Shown: positions 13,201 through 25,233 of the stretch, one piece after another
How the letters are laid out: every line of letters begins with the position of its first letter
Position numbering within the stretch: the stretch's first letter is position 1
DNA from: Phoronis australis
Taxonomy: Eukaryota > Animalia > Phoronida
DNA length: 64,000 nucleotides
Reading direction: 5' to 3'
NCBI GenBank assembly: GCA_002633005.1
Contig: NMRA01000051.1
Coordinates: forward strand, 623,273 to 687,272
Position numbers and translations under genes: made by a program
The notes under the pieces: model-generated
The model's database searches: none
What the model was told of the DNA's origin: nothing
The model's input: the letters and a program-made list of their open reading frames with translations, nothing else

Positions 13201-16200
13201 TTAATAGTGGACATCCATAATCAAATTGGACATTTGAGACGCATATTAACTGTCTCGCGGGCTGACAGATCAGGCTGAAAATCTGAGGTGCCGACGTCAG
13301 CCAAAGCTGATCGCACCTGACTGCAGTGAGCAAAACTCGGGTCACTCGTCGGAGAAGTAAACTAGGCACAGTTGCTACATAGAAAACAGACAAAGTTTGT
13401 GTACCTATAAAGTTGATATTTTGCTTACCATCACCAACCAAATATGTCATGATTATAACCGAGTTATTCATTTGCCCGTTGTAGTAGTGAATTGTCCGTA
13501 GTATATCTTCTTCCTTTTCCTCTGGTTCTCCATCAGTAAGGAACAGGATCACCTTATCTGACAAAACGAGAGAGAAAACGTGAAGAGTGAATCATTTAAA
13601 TACGTCTTCATTTGTTTTGAAACATGTCTTCGGATAAGATAGCCATGGTAGCAACGAACGTTTGTAGCTCTGGTCATACGTCATAGCGAATTATTGTACA
13701 ACACGAATCAAGTTCTGAGCGTGGTCATGCCCGTTGCAAACTTATGAGCTTAAAGTAGACAAAATGAATCTTTGTGACTGAATGCTACGTCAGATGATGA
13801 TAGCATGCGGCTACATGTCCAACGCTTCAAAGCTAATCTGAAATTGTTCCTTACTCAAATTGAGAAGTATTGCTCGAGAGCTTGCTTGTTGCGACAACCC
13901 AACTTCGTGGACATTGTCTCAAGTAATAACGATCTGTCTTTCTTCCCGGCTAACTTAAAGAGCGTATTATTTATGGTAGTCAAGAACGTACCTCGTTCAC
14001 TGGCACTGGCGCTGTTAGCGAACATTTCAAATGCTTTTCTGATCGCGGGCATATACTTCGTTCCACCCTCTGACATATATTCATTCAGCCACGTTTTTAA
14101 ATACGCCTTGTTCTCGGGTGTCGCTTCAGCGAGTTTCTCGCTAAAACAGTCGTCTTCTTCACCAGGTGGCGTTCTAGTCACTGTCGAGAATGTAATGACT
14201 CCAACAGTGTCACGCGGGTTAAGTGTTTCTATGATCGTCTTTGCCGCCTGTACGGCCACATGACTGTATGAGGAACTCATGGATTTAGATTCGTCGACCA
14301 ATATCACCACGGCTTTTTGTCTGGGCGTTGCTGCTTCGACATAGAATGGTCTGCATCAAAGAGAAGCCGACAATGGCAATACTACTAAGTCGTAGAACAA
14401 AAAGCGGTATCAGATTCACTGCAATGAATACACATTTAAGAAACTAATTTTGCTTTTGACACCCCTCCAGTAATTTGACGTAAGTTACTCTAGGGCGGCG
14501 GCAACAACGGCGGCACCAGTGGCGGCAACAGCTGCGGCAACAACAGCATCAGTAACAACAACAAGAAGAACAAGACACCGTCTGTGGTTGTCTTTGTTGA
14601 CGGAATAGGTTCACCAAAATATTTTCAGCAGGGGTTGACCTTCATTAATCAAAAGCAAATATTTAAATTTAGTGCTTTAAAAAGGTTCAAAAAGCGGTTG
14701 TCACAGGGTGACCAAATTGTCCACCGCCGCCTAGGGGTGCAGCCCAGGGCGGAAACGACCCACCCTCACAACTCAGCACAACTAACCCACCCTCCGCAAC
14801 GAAGCACAACTAACCAAACCTCCACAAGTAAGCCACTTAGCTGTTGCCACAGAATAAGTTTTAAGGATATAAAAAATGAAATGGTAACTATGAGTTTTTT
14901 TAATTGCGAAATTTGGTGAATCCAATCTTAAAAGTTATCTTTCAACAAAATATTTTTTCATACAGAGCGCAGCATTCATTCAGAGTGCACCTTTGTTGTC
15001 AGTTCATGCCTCCATGAACATAAAAATAACACATTCATTTTCATGTCTATTGAGGTCAATGAAATGATAACGTTTTTGTTACCCGGGAAATGACGCCAAG
15101 GTCACTAAATTCGACCTACGGCGCCTGGAGAGGGTGAAGTTTGCATTATTTAATTATGTTACTTGAAATTTATATTTTTAGAAACAATCATAAAAAAGCG
15201 TCCATGTACTTTGTAGGATTTGATCTCTAGTAGTACACGGACTGGTATGATACCATTCAGTGATATCGCCACAGCACCATAAGACTTGTGTTTTGAAATG
15301 TACTGTTATTCTGTCCTTTATTTTTGCATGGTGAGATTTGCTGTTATTTTTATGACCCAACCAATCAGTGCTTAGATATGTAGGTCATGGGAATTCGACA
15401 TTTGGGCATTTTACTTGGTTGCAACTTATTCTGCTCGTTTCAGTGATTTGTGCAAGACATGTTGAGTATTTCTCAGGTTAGTTTCTTCTTTTTATGTACA
15501 CTGGTTATGCAACCGTATTTGTGTTCTTGTGATGTGGCGACATTGAAGTTGCAGGAATCAACATGTCCAGGACAACTCCATGTCATCCAAAGGAAAACGC
15601 CATGTGCGAACGATTCAACAGGACATTTCTCAACACATTATATGTTGGGGACGTCAGAGCAGAAGCAAAATGAAGACTTGAAAAGACAAGTACTTGCATT
15701 AGTCCGTGCGTACCACTGCACGGCACGGAAAACAGGACAAACGCCGTTCTTTTCGATGTTTGGTAGAGAACCAAGGATTACAATGTCCAGTTGCATGGAA
15801 CAGTCCCAAATAGTGACTCAACAAAGTTCGCTGAATCTTTTGCGTATTTGTTTTGTTCTTTACTCACAGATGTTATATTTTTCTATCAGTTTATCTTTAT
15901 TATGAGCTCCTCTTTGACTAATGACATTTTCTAATAATAAAACTAAAAACTGAGCCCTTTTAAGGGCTAAAACTTAGTCATAATAATTAGGGACTTAGTC
16001 CTTCAATTAGGGGCGTTGCATGAAAAGATCCCTACTTATTTTCATGAATATTAAGAATTCAACGTAGAGTTCACTCTCTATTTGTATCAAAGCCAAAAAT
16101 CGACTTAATAATGACACTCAAACAGCCTCAGAAAGGACGATCAGTTTTTCACAAGCCCACAAATACGCAGTAGATTTAGGGAACTAACTTGAATTCCCAT

Positions 16201-19200
16201 TTGGGACTGTTTCATACAACCGTGCACTGTGGATCTCGCATTTGGAATGGAATCTGAGCATTCTATTGACGGGTAATGGAAAATAAACAGAAGCATCAGA
16301 CGAAGACTTCCACTGCTCAGTAGAGACTAAGACAGCCGATGTCGGCAGCGTTGAGGTTTTTGATGATGATGACTTCGTGGTGAAGATATATAAGATGGAA
16401 GTTGAAGAGATGAAAGACGCTGCACCACAAAGTGGATTAAGGTCCTGATCATAACGATGTTGATAGTGCAGATGCTGTTGATAAGCGGATCTTTGTTGAG
16501 ACTACTTCTGATAACTAGGGTGACAGAACAGATAATCGCACTTCACCGACGGGGCAGGCTAATAGCGTTCGCAAGAGGGTAGTTTGTGATGGCATAAGCA
16601 GCCGCGCTTGGAGTGTCTGATTGGCTGCAAAAGGTGTTGAAGTAATTGTATGATAAATGTACATGTATTTTTTTAGAAAAATCATAAATATGCGTTCTTG
16701 TACTTTGCGGGATTCGGTCTCCAGTAGCATGGTATGACTCTAGTTAAATACTGAATAATCAATGGTATTTTGGATTCGGTCTCCAGTAGCATAGTATGAC
16801 TCTAGTTAAATACTGAATAATCAACGGTATTTGTTTTACATACCCGTAGTGTTTACATGGGTTCTGCAACAGTAATTATATTGTTAAAAATCACTGCAGG
16901 CGGTCCGATACCTGAATAGCATCGCACGTGCCACATAGGTCGCGGTCATTGTACTTTGTATTGTTATGATGTGGTGACATTGTTATAAAGTATTGTAGTG
17001 CAGTGTAATATGCTAATTTGATATTTTGTTATTATTTTTTATTTAATGAACCAAGTTTGTGCGGGAGAACGAATGTGTGCATGGGATGAAAATTATATGT
17101 CCAGCTGTGTATAAACGTTAGGAAATATTAGTGTTCGTTGTTTATAGATAAGTGTGGTAATGAAGTCATTCGCATTAACATGGTAGGTTTGATTGATGTA
17201 GTTGGCATTAATACATGCGGATAAATTACAGGAAAGTAAAACTAAACTATTATTGTTTGACCTATGGTATATATTACGAAGGGTTACTTTGATGATTAGT
17301 TTTATCATTTTCATTGCTTTATTTTATTGGGTGTTTTGTCTTTGCAGTTCGTCAAATAAACAGAATAAAATATGTACGGTTGTCATTCCTCTGCATCCGA
17401 ACACGTCCCGTTACTTACACTTAGAGAGCAAAGTCTAATGCTTTCTTTTTACGATAGAGCGCAAGCAACATTTTACGAGTACAAACATTTTTCTCATAAT
17501 GGCTTTGAAGTCAAGTCAAATCGACTGTCACCTGGCGATGCCCCATATGCACCTTTGTACAACATGTTAACAAAATCTGAAGCTTTCTTCTGGAGATATT
17601 GTGCCAACAGCATTGTGTGAAATACGGACATCGCATCAGCAACGTTTTCTATCTAAATCTTGATCTTTTCGCTGTTACCTTAACAATGACGTCAAAGTCA
17701 CCAAAATCTACTAGCGCCTGGAGATGCCCCACCTACAGTGTTCGAGTTTCAGCAAGTAAATGTGCTGTCCCGCAGGGCCAGTTAGTCTGAAAATTTACTG
17801 GCCCGGGTGCCAAGTTAACTTTTGAATTACTGACCCGGCGGCAAATCCATTGGCCAGCGTCTATTTTGAACGATGCCCACCTTCACCTCGGTAAAAAGCG
17901 TGAACAGAATCTAAATCTCTACTCTTGAGATATCACGCCAACAACATTGTGTGGCGTATGGACATCGCGCCAAAACGTCTTCTAATTAAATACCCCCTAC
18001 ACATCGGGACAAAATAAGAACAGTATCTTAAGTTTCTTTCATGAGATACCAAGCCAACTCACGGAATTTCTGACGTTCGGAAGTAGGCTTACATGCGGAA
18101 GAACGGTCCGGAATACCCCGCCACGAGGAACAAAAATGCATTTAGAAGCTTAAAATAAAGAAAAACATTTTTATCTGATGTAATGTTGTGATAAACTAAC
18201 CTCACTCGATGGTCGTATGTGCTACACGTCGGATCAAAGTTGGTTGCGGGGTAGGTGACCATGAGCCCTGACTCCGAGGCAAAATACAGCCACTTCAGGT
18301 GAGGGATTGCGTTATACCTGTCTATCATAACCTCCAGCAGCTTCTTCGTAGGGTACTTCACGTGTTCACTGCTTGAAGGCGCCGTGTGGATGCATAGCTT
18401 ATTTAGGTCAACCTTTAAAGCATACACTTCAACATCAAATCAAAAAACAATCACTTAAGTTCAAAACATAAATTCAGAACAAGGTTTGAAACATTGACCT
18501 TATCATATAGTAAACGCATACACTTATAATCTCGCGTGCAGCACATCGCTATTTGTCAATAAAAGGCGACACCAGTGGTAAGGACATGCGTTATCATCAG
18601 AGAGTGGCAGGACTGGTTTCACTGGTATTGTGTGGTAAAGCTACTGAGACATCTGATTAATCTGAGCCGGAAGTCGTCATTGGGAACCAGTAAGATGTAC
18701 CCACTATATTGCTAACAGTAACTCCAGCTTATCTTATTGTCACTGAGATAGACATTTGGATAAAGATGTTGTTCATTTCTATCTGGTGAAAGCCCATACA
18801 CTGCGCACACATTCAGGGCCTAATGCGAATTTATTTTTTGCAGTTATTTTTTTCTTAAAATTATCAAAAGGCGTTCGACCGGTGCATTGTCAGGGAGACA
18901 AACGAGAACAGTGTTTGGAAGGGTTGAGCTAGAGCACGGATCTGGACGATTAAAATAGAAATGTACACACAGAGTTCGATGATTGCTAATAAAAATAATT
19001 TTTTAGAAACAACACGTTTCGAGGTCACAAGTGAAAGGAACACTATCTTCAAATCTACATGGACACAATAAGAGAATTGACCTTCCTTGAGACAGACAAT
19101 TGTTTCCAACGCGTGTCAGTTTTTTTAAATAAACACGCGGTCAATACGCACCTTCGTCGAATATCGGGCCACCTCTTTCAAGGAGTATTTGTTCAGTTGA

Positions 19201-22200
19201 CAGCATATATCGTCTTCAGGTAATTCCGTAAAAAATTCGTACTGCTGTTCAATGGTGTCACGAATCCGCTCCACGACTTGAATTCGATCTTTGAACTTCC
19301 CGTTCAAAATTTGGGCTAGCTGATGAAAACAGAAAATATTGTCAATTTCTCTCAGAAATTTACATTGAAGTATTGCAATAAATGAAAATGTAAAAAAATA
19401 AAACACAAAATCTGAGTGCGGAAGGACGTTAAGTTGTATTTTTTGTTACGTTGCATACCATCGGAAAATTATGTTTTTCTTTTTTTGATTAATAGCACTT
19501 GCCATACTAGTTTTTCAAGATTTTAATTAATCTGTTGTAAAACGAGGCTGTGTGTAAAAGTAAAAGTGGAAAATTTATGCTTTATTTATTTTTATTTATG
19601 CGAATAAAATCTCTACATTACTTTTCAGACACTTAGCTCACAGAGATTTTTTCAAATTTGAGAATCATTGTAATCCCAGATATATTTACGCAGTTGTCAA
19701 CAGACTCAGTAGGTACTACCGTTGTCTCCTGGGTTTGCCCAAGGCTGTTTCACAATCTGAGTTAAGTAAAGTATAGACTGTTAAAGATGCCTTCGCATGC
19801 TTCTAGCAATGCTAATGCTAATTAAAGAACAATGCTATTTCAACATAATCTACGCCAAACAAAGTGTAGTTGTATTCATTAACAACTTGTAAATGTGAAA
19901 ACAAAATATTCAGCAAATAGGTGACCTTTGCACTAATGACATACCTCGCGGGCTCACATAGCCCGCGTCATGAAGTGTTACTACCCAGCACCACGCCACG
20001 GTACTTACTGGACAAGCTTCAGTGAATTGCCGCGGATCATTTTCGCCGTAAAACACGTCCATTTGGCAATTTCAACCTACTTCGTATTCACATCGTCGCC
20101 ATACATGTATGTCGTGTTCCTAACTAATTTGGCCAAACAAGGCAGAAAAAGGGACTTAGCCTGCAAGTTACACTTTGAAAACGGATTGGCTATAACACAC
20201 CTCTCGTGTCAATCAACACTGTTAGCTCGTAATCGCGTCTTAATTCTCATTCCCATAAATAGAAGATTGCTCTAAATCCCTTGATCCCCTCGAGCCCACC
20301 CCAAAAGCCCCCACGACCCCTTCGACCCATTTTACGTACAAGCTCGACTCGATAGGAGAAGCACTGACTAGGATGTGCAACGAGTCTGGCCGTGAGCTCC
20401 GCTGGCTTTTTCCTATAGTCTGAAATTAAGAAATTGAATTCGGCAAGTTTAAAAGCTAAAAAAAAGAGGAAAAACAACGCGACCAAATCAAACCAAAGAT
20501 CTACCTATCTTGCAAATCGTCTAGTTCCCGGCAGCATGTAATCGTCTCGTCTGCTCTTCTGTGAGTGGCAGATTCACGTTATTATATGGAGAGTGCCAGA
20601 ATACCACGAATATGTAACTTTTCAGCAAATGCAGTTTGAAAAAACAACTATGAACTAAAAAGCATGTCGGGTCTACATGTAGTACATGTATATTGTAAAC
20701 GAGTATACGACAGAGAGCAAATAATAAAAATGCGAAATTATGTGTAAACACGTTAACATATTCTGTCCCTAAGAACAGGTTCCTTGGTAGCCGTTGGTGG
20801 AACTATTTCCTAGCCAGCCAGCTTGCTGTGTTGCTAGGAAATGTGTAGTTTTTATTGACACTAATTTTGTGTGAGATTTTGTTTGGTCAGTTTTATGGAA
20901 TTTGTAAAAAGCGTAAAAGTTACTTCTTTCGTGAGGGTTCTGGCTGGGTCGTGGGGGTTGTGGGTCAAGGGGGTCGTGGGCCGAGCTTTGGACAATAAGG
21001 TTAAGTTTGCTCTCTTGCTGTGTATCAAAGCAAAAAAACAGCAATTCAACCAAATGGGACTCCAGCGCGCAAGAGTTACCTCTTTCACAAGACTTGGACC
21101 GTTGAGCTCCGTTCTCCTGTATTCCAGCTCGTTGTAAATATTCTGAAAAGATGTAGAAGATCGGCATCACTGTGAAAAAAACGGAGAATAACAGATTTAT
21201 GGTGTATCGGGCTGCCTTACGGCGCCTGCGCTTCTGTTGCATCTGTGGTCTCATTAAACGCAAAGGATTTGCATTGATTTGTAGCTCTGGTCAAAGCTAT
21301 TAACTTCAAAAAGTCTGATCTCATTCATCCGTAACTCCAAAAATGCACAGTATCCCTTTAAAAGTAAAAAATCAAATTTGAATGACTTGGCTATCCTAGT
21401 AAGCCATCTACCTAAAACGCATTGTATTCAAGTACAATATCAAACTTCCATTCTGAGGGTCACATTTCTTACGTTATGTTATGAAGTACGAGATACGAAG
21501 TCATACACTGTGATTTTTAAATAATCACAGAAATAATGACAAGCCTCACTGTTGAGCTTATGCAATCGGTGACGCGACTATACTGTTCGCGTATTGATAC
21601 ATGTTGCTTTCAGCCATGGGGTGAGAAGCACTGACTTGGTGTATTTTTGGTAATTTCTTTTTAAACCGGCTACACGTACGATAGCACCATCAAAAATACA
21701 AAATCAATAAAGTATATTCTGGCACTGTTTTTGTAATTTTTGGCCGGTTGATTTTTGTGTGGAGCTCCCTGGACTTGAAGTAAAAACACAGCAAAAATGA
21801 GTACCACCTTTGCCTGTCTATGGTCGCGTTTTTTAATAAACACGACATCAAAACACACGCTGGTTTACTATCTATGAACGCAATAATTAACCCACTTTTT
21901 GGATATTGACATTTGGACCTGTGTGTCCCGTGACAAGCAAACTGAAATGATAAACAGCAGGAATAAAATCTTAGATGGAAGTCAGTCATAACCTTTAAAA
22001 GGACTGTACTGTACAAGAAATGCTAACGAGCATAATAATAGTCAATGAATGGAGGATATCACCGTGCGGTAAAAAATCTCTCACTTTGCAGTATAGATAC
22101 TCAACAAACAAAAATAAATACGGTATTGGTGGAGAAAATTCGCTTAGATCACACTGTAGACTGACCACTTTTAAATAAGAGCTACATGTACCTTACAAAA

Positions 22201-25200
22201 GTCCCACAATGATGTAAGCTTGTGAAACTCCTATACAATAGACCCCAGGGTTTATCGTTTCCGTATCGTGATCGCTCACTTGTAAAATGGCGACCTCGGC
22301 TTTTTTAACGACATGTGGCGATTTCCCAATGCCATCGGTCGTCCTGTGTTTCAATACACGTAGCTCGTGAAGATACACAGGTATAGACATAAATAGGCAT
22401 ACTTCGCGTTTGCATGACACCTAGATAGTGCTACAGACTAGTTTTACTGAAGACCATTGATACTAATCACTACTGCAGTGTAAGTTTCGCTACGTATATT
22501 AGAGCATTACAAATTCGTTCGCCCAGCATTTCATTTGTATGCCGTTCATTGTGCCAACATCGTCTGTTTGTTACGTAAGTACACGGCGATTGAAGTAGTT
22601 CCGTCTGAAGCACAACGGTTACGCTTGCTACCAGTAGCAGATTTAAGGGGGGGGGGGGGCAAGAGGGCCAAGCCCCCCTAAAATTCTCCCAGATTCCATT
22701 TGGCAGTACGGGGGTGGGAATATCTGACGGCAAAATCCTGGCTAGTACTCTGCTCTCGCCCCCCTAACTCAAAATCTTGGAAGGCGCGCCCCCTGGCTAC
22801 TGCATATCGAACAATGCGATGGCAGTGGAAAATTCCAAACGGAAAAGCTCTCAGTGGCCGAGTCTCGAGCTCTTATTGGGTGACCTATTTCTAAAGGTAA
22901 GGGGGGTACTCGATTGAATTTTTGAATGAGAACGGTGAAAAATTAGCATATCCGCCATTTAGAGAGCGGATTGGAAAAGGCCTCATTTGTAGGAAGCTTC
23001 GATTAGAGAAGCCACCCTTTCGTAGCCACCGCTCATTTTGTAGGAGTTCAATTCTTAAACCTAGCTCTCCTCGCATGGGCCAGTATTCTCACTGACATCA
23101 AGTCGTTTTTCCTATGCCCATCTTGCAGAGTCTTGTTTTGAATTATTCTTATATTTTTCATACATTACATTCATTCGACAATCCACATCTTGTTCTACTC
23201 TGCAACATAGCTTGCCGTATTACTCCACATCAATAGATTCCGATAACGATTCGTTTAAACTCATGTATAGCCACATTTAATACACCCTTTAGAGCCTTAG
23301 CTTTTCAGTAGACACTAAGAAGCTTTTTGAAGATTTTTTTTAATTGGAAAGGAGGCTTCTACAGTCTCGAGCTCTCGAAATGAACTCTTAGTAGGATCGG
23401 AAAAAGGCAGGGAATTTTGTTGAAAAAGCACCCGTAAACTTTCGCCTGGAGAACTGGTTGAGGAAAAGTTACCCACCTGAGCGGCCGTATACGCCCGATA
23501 TCCCTCTTCTATAGAATTACAAAACTTATTCACAAAGGGCATTGGCCTAATACAAACAATGCAATTCTAAAGGTTCTTTCGGCAAATAATTTCTGTATTT
23601 TAACCACGCCGCAGGGCATCTCCCAGAAAAGGAAAGCTGTCTTCACATTCAAACTATTGAACCCAATCTAACTCTAAAAAGCGACACGCTAGTCAAGTCA
23701 AGCCAGTGTCTACTTTCTGCAAATCCCATGGCAGGAGGCCACGACCGAAATCGTTCGCTCGTAATTCCGACCGAGACTTCGCTTGTGTTTACCACCGAAA
23801 TCGTTAAAAAATATAGTCGTTAGATTTAAGTACCAGTCCACGAGACCACCAAGTCAATCATTTAACTAATACGCAGTTGATATTGCTTTGTGGTGGTTTG
23901 TTCACATTCAATATTTTGAATAAGGGAGGAGGGATTTTCCACCAACATTTACAAATTCTATTTCAGTACATTACCCCCCCCCCCGAAAACGATTTTGGAC
24001 CTATGTTCTTTGCAATGTAATATGTCATCTGCACGTACTGTTAAGAATAAGATAATGTAACGTAGCCTGAATATTGAAAAGCATAGTAATTTTCACAATA
24101 AAATAAAATAAAATAAAATAAAATAAAATAAAATAAAAGCATTATCTGAGAACCTGCTAGATATACATTTAGGCATCTCACTGTGTACTAAAATGGATAA
24201 CCACTCCAGATACTTCTCTGTTTTGTCTGTGCTTACCACTCTCAAAAGGGCCCACTCTTCCGAAACATGCTCAAAATAAACTGTCCCTCATGCACAAAAC
24301 TATGACACAACCTGGTTGCCATTCCCCACACACGCCTTCCACCCCTACACATTTCTAGATCACGCAATTTCCACCCTCATATCTTTGAGAGAACGTACAT
24401 TCGCACTGCAATATACTACACAAACTCTTTCTGCCCATCTAATATATTACTCTAGGATAGACTTCCACAACATGCCATCTCATCAGAAACAATAGAAATG
24501 TTTACGAGTCACATCTCGAACATCAAGCTTACTCAGTAAACAGTAAAACTTGTTTTTATCCTGGCAGTAACCCCACTTTGCTTTGTTGTTATTGTCACAG
24601 CTACGCACAGTTCAATTTATCACTAACAAGTGCCAACGTACACCTGTCTTAGGATCGGTATTCGATTGTTTGTTGAAATCGGAAAAAGAAGAAGATCACC
24701 TTCAAATAGATTTTTAATCTTTTGGGCTTATGTACTTTGCCAAGTGAGATTTTACTTTCTCTAGTGAACACCTCATAACATGCTCAAAATATGAGCATAA
24801 AATTACGAACGAAAAATACGAGCCTAAAATTACCAGCGTAGGCCTACAACTGGTTCAGAGCTCTCTCACTGGATATAGTAATTACGGTCGTAATTACGAA
24901 CGTGGTCACGCGCGACACTTTCACCTGAACGGCTCACGATACTATAGTTGGATACAAGTTTCCACATCATAGACTGCTATATCACATATACGTGAATCTA
25001 CTGCGTACCTGCACGTAATCAAGGCCACTCACGCCATTAACGATGTGGTTTATTGTCTTGGAAAACGCGTTCACGTCCAAATCGTCTGCCTTAACGCCTG
25101 CTACATCTATTGGCTCCGCCTCGTACACAGAAATCAGGAACGAAGCAAAAGTCACAGTTGATACTAAAACCATTCGAATCATGTTCACTAAGTTCTGCCT

Positions 25201-25233
25201 TGCTGTAGATGCATGTAGTTTGGTATACTGCAT
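1174..25233 (-). CDS. VWA and Cache domain-containing protein (CACHD1 / alpha2delta-like), spliced gene, 3' end not resolved
   Basis: 15 GT-AG exons with consistent phases (2348 nt, 782 codons): 25233-25009, 21142-21080, 19319-19152, 18412-18201, 14350-13992, 13557-13429, 9854-9775, 9517-9382, 8516-8403, 6877-6718 (duplicate 5266-5107), 4505-4397, 3394-3229, 2635-2502, 2218-2037, 1284-1174. Motifs are collinear with CACHD1 as I recall it: KWLYFASESG..TYP, YDHRVRPFY, VILVDESKS, LFLTDG, PYVD, LGIVGTD, SYAFMIDKGG..HPLL, FLYH, YPG..YD..RSW. Confidence 0.9.
2037..2218 (-). CDS. CACHD1-like exon 14
   Basis: ttttttcag|TGVREAVAAAAQVETVW...FEGVLIMYPGITLPKMYDCTERS(W)|gtaagg, 182 nt. Confidence 0.9.
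2502..2635 (-). CDS. CACHD1-like exon 13
   Basis: cccttttag|DAAAVKFSPIAFLHPLEYLFEPETEEDVEKITEYIKGSGTSKDLR|gtaatt, 134 nt. Confidence 0.9.
3229..3394 (-). CDS. CACHD1-like exon 12
   Basis: cattccag|VPNSSCSVCLVLSRND...KFLYHAEV...QCEYFDHVARK|gtattc, 166 nt. Confidence 0.85.
4397..4505 (-). CDS. CACHD1-like exon 11
   Basis: tttctttgtag|GESGNASFSSNHVYARGTSAEGVNSFKVYSHYFWHF|gtaagt, 109 nt, phase 2-0. Confidence 0.85.
5107..5266 (-). CDS. CACHD1-like exon 10, copy A (duplicate)
   Basis: Same peptide as 6718-6877; the two differences I found are synonymous (GGG/GGA, ACA/ACT). Confidence 0.8.
5826..6096. mobile_element. MITE-like element with long terminal inverted repeats (second copy 7439-7709; diverged partial copy about 23100-23260)
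   Basis: atttatcgtaatctattttgcccgg...gttgcagagtaaaacaagaggagg is mirrored by cctcctcttgttttactctgcaac...ccgggcaaaatagattacgataaat. Confidence 0.75.
6718..6877 (-). CDS. CACHD1-like exon 10, copy B
   Basis: ttttgtcag|GETSYAFMIDKGGRLMTHPLLPTPHKVEEPPIFLFAGDIEFRAASRGVISSMM(R)|gtaaag, 160 nt. Confidence 0.85.
7830..8150 (+). mobile_element. Degenerate DIRS/Ngaro-type retrotransposon RT/RNase H fragment
   Basis: RLINLTIGISRPDHFVTLNKEARADL resembles the Ngaro FLRRLIDLT..HHI.LN.EARADL segment; NFADAIS resembles the RNase H end N..ADALSR. Internally deleted. Confidence 0.6.
8403..8516 (-). CDS. CACHD1-like exon 9 (Cache)
   Basis: aatttcag|DLITSILLPAYYKNQFLGIVGTDINMKELIEDVMYFKK|gtaagt, 114 nt. Confidence 0.9.
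9382..9517 (-). CDS. CACHD1-like exon 8
   Basis: ttgtacag|KGTFTLVHNAERLRTEMASYYNFFNRRHRSSEPVITIPYVDAFSK|gtagat, 136 nt. Confidence 0.85.
9775..9854 (-). CDS. CACHD1-like exon 7
   Basis: ttcatag|GYDPSAVGILRNMAFQKGFNASNGAVT|gtaagt, 80 nt, phase 1-0. Confidence 0.8.
11131..11200 (-). mobile_element. tRNA-derived SINE head
   Basis: Minus strand shows an A box (tggtgtagtgg) and a B box (ggttcgaatcc) with tRNA-like spacing but no proper cloverleaf. Confidence 0.6.
11402..11802. mobile_element. Foldback MITE, possibly PIF/Harbinger-type
   Basis: ggcccggtctccaatcttt...actcgaaa pairs with tttcgagtacaaagattagagaccgggcc; imperfect arms extend over 100 bp; flanks caa / cag. Confidence 0.75.
12151..12316. 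repeat. Palindromic (hairpin) element
   Basis: aatagatgattacatg..agtcgttatcccc.ttatctagagcc pairs with ggctctagataacgggggataacgact..catgtaataatctatt around a central ggggctaacgcccc hairpin. Confidence 0.8.
13429..13557 (-). CDS. CACHD1-like exon 6 (VWA C-terminal part)
   Basis: ttttgtcag|DKVILFLTDGEP...NNSVIIMTYLVGD|gtaagc, 129 nt. Confidence 0.92.
13992..14350 (-). CDS. CACHD1-like exon 5 (VWA domain, MIDAS)
   Basis: gatgcag|PFYVEAATPRQKAVVILVDESKSM...GGTKYMPAIRKAFEMF...|gtacgt, 359 nt. Confidence 0.92.
15560..15790 (+). mobile_element. Degenerate Gypsy/Ty3 integrase fragment
   Basis: SRTTPCHPKENAMCERFNRTFLN, then a frameshift, then MLGTSEQKQNEDLKRQVLALVRAYHCTARKTGQTPFFSMFGREPRI; matches the integrase core TTPYHPQGNG.ERFNRTL..ML...LV.AYN.T...TG.SPF.LMFGREP. 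Confidence 0.85.
16710..16831. repeat. 62-bp tandem duplication (2 copies)
   Basis: ggattcggtctccagtagcat.gtatgactctagttaaatactgaataatcaa.ggtattt occurs twice, starting at 16710 and 16772. Confidence 0.95.
18201..18412 (-). CDS. CACHD1-like exon 4 (VWA_N / first Cache half)
   Basis: VDLNKLC...LKWLYFASESGLMVTYPATNFDPTCSTYDHRV(R)|gttagt, 212 nt, ends in phase 2. Confidence 0.9.
19152..19319 (-). CDS. CACHD1-like exon 3
   Basis: ttttcatcag|LAQILNGKFKDRIQVVERIRDTIEQQY...DICCQL...YSTK|gtgcgt, 168 nt. Confidence 0.85.
21080..21142 (-). CDS. CACHD1-like exon 2
   Basis: cttttcag|NIYNELEYRRTELNGPSLVKE|gtaact, 63 nt, phase 0-0; fills the expected 21-residue segment. Not in the ORF track in this frame. 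Confidence 0.8.
22632..22795. mobile_element. Short non-autonomous DNA element, CAG...CTG ends, 5-bp TSD GCTAC
   Basis: gctac|cagtagcagatttaaggg...gcgcgccccctg|gctac; an inverted partial copy lies at about 44947-45090. Confidence 0.75.
24097..24137. repeat. (AATAA)n microsatellite
   Basis: Run of aataa units read directly. Confidence 0.95.
24200..24560 (+). mobile_element. 3' fragment of a CR1/L2-like LINE, same family as 60370-61350
   Basis: Aligns by eye to the reverse complement of about 60370-60700 (ggttgccattccccacac.cgccttccacc; agtcacatctcgaacatcaa). Confidence 0.8.
25009..25233 (-). CDS. CACHD1-like exon 1 (signal peptide)
   Basis: MQYTK...MIRMVLVSTVTFASFLISVYEA hydrophobic leader, then ...VSGLDYVQ|gtacgc, phase 0. 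The true start may be the Met at 25182 or 25173. Confidence 0.75.

Noticed and set aside
13805-14263. 152-aa plus-strand ORF
   Set aside because: Antisense shadow of VWA exon 5.
20769-21263. 164-aa minus-strand ORF overlapping exon 2
   Set aside because: Different frame from the real exon, low complexity, no recognisable domain.
22192-22230. 39-nt in-frame AG/GT-bounded candidate exon (EFHKLTSLWDFCK) in CACHD1-like intron 1
   Set aside because: Weak acceptor, and the expected segment is fully supplied by 21142-21080.
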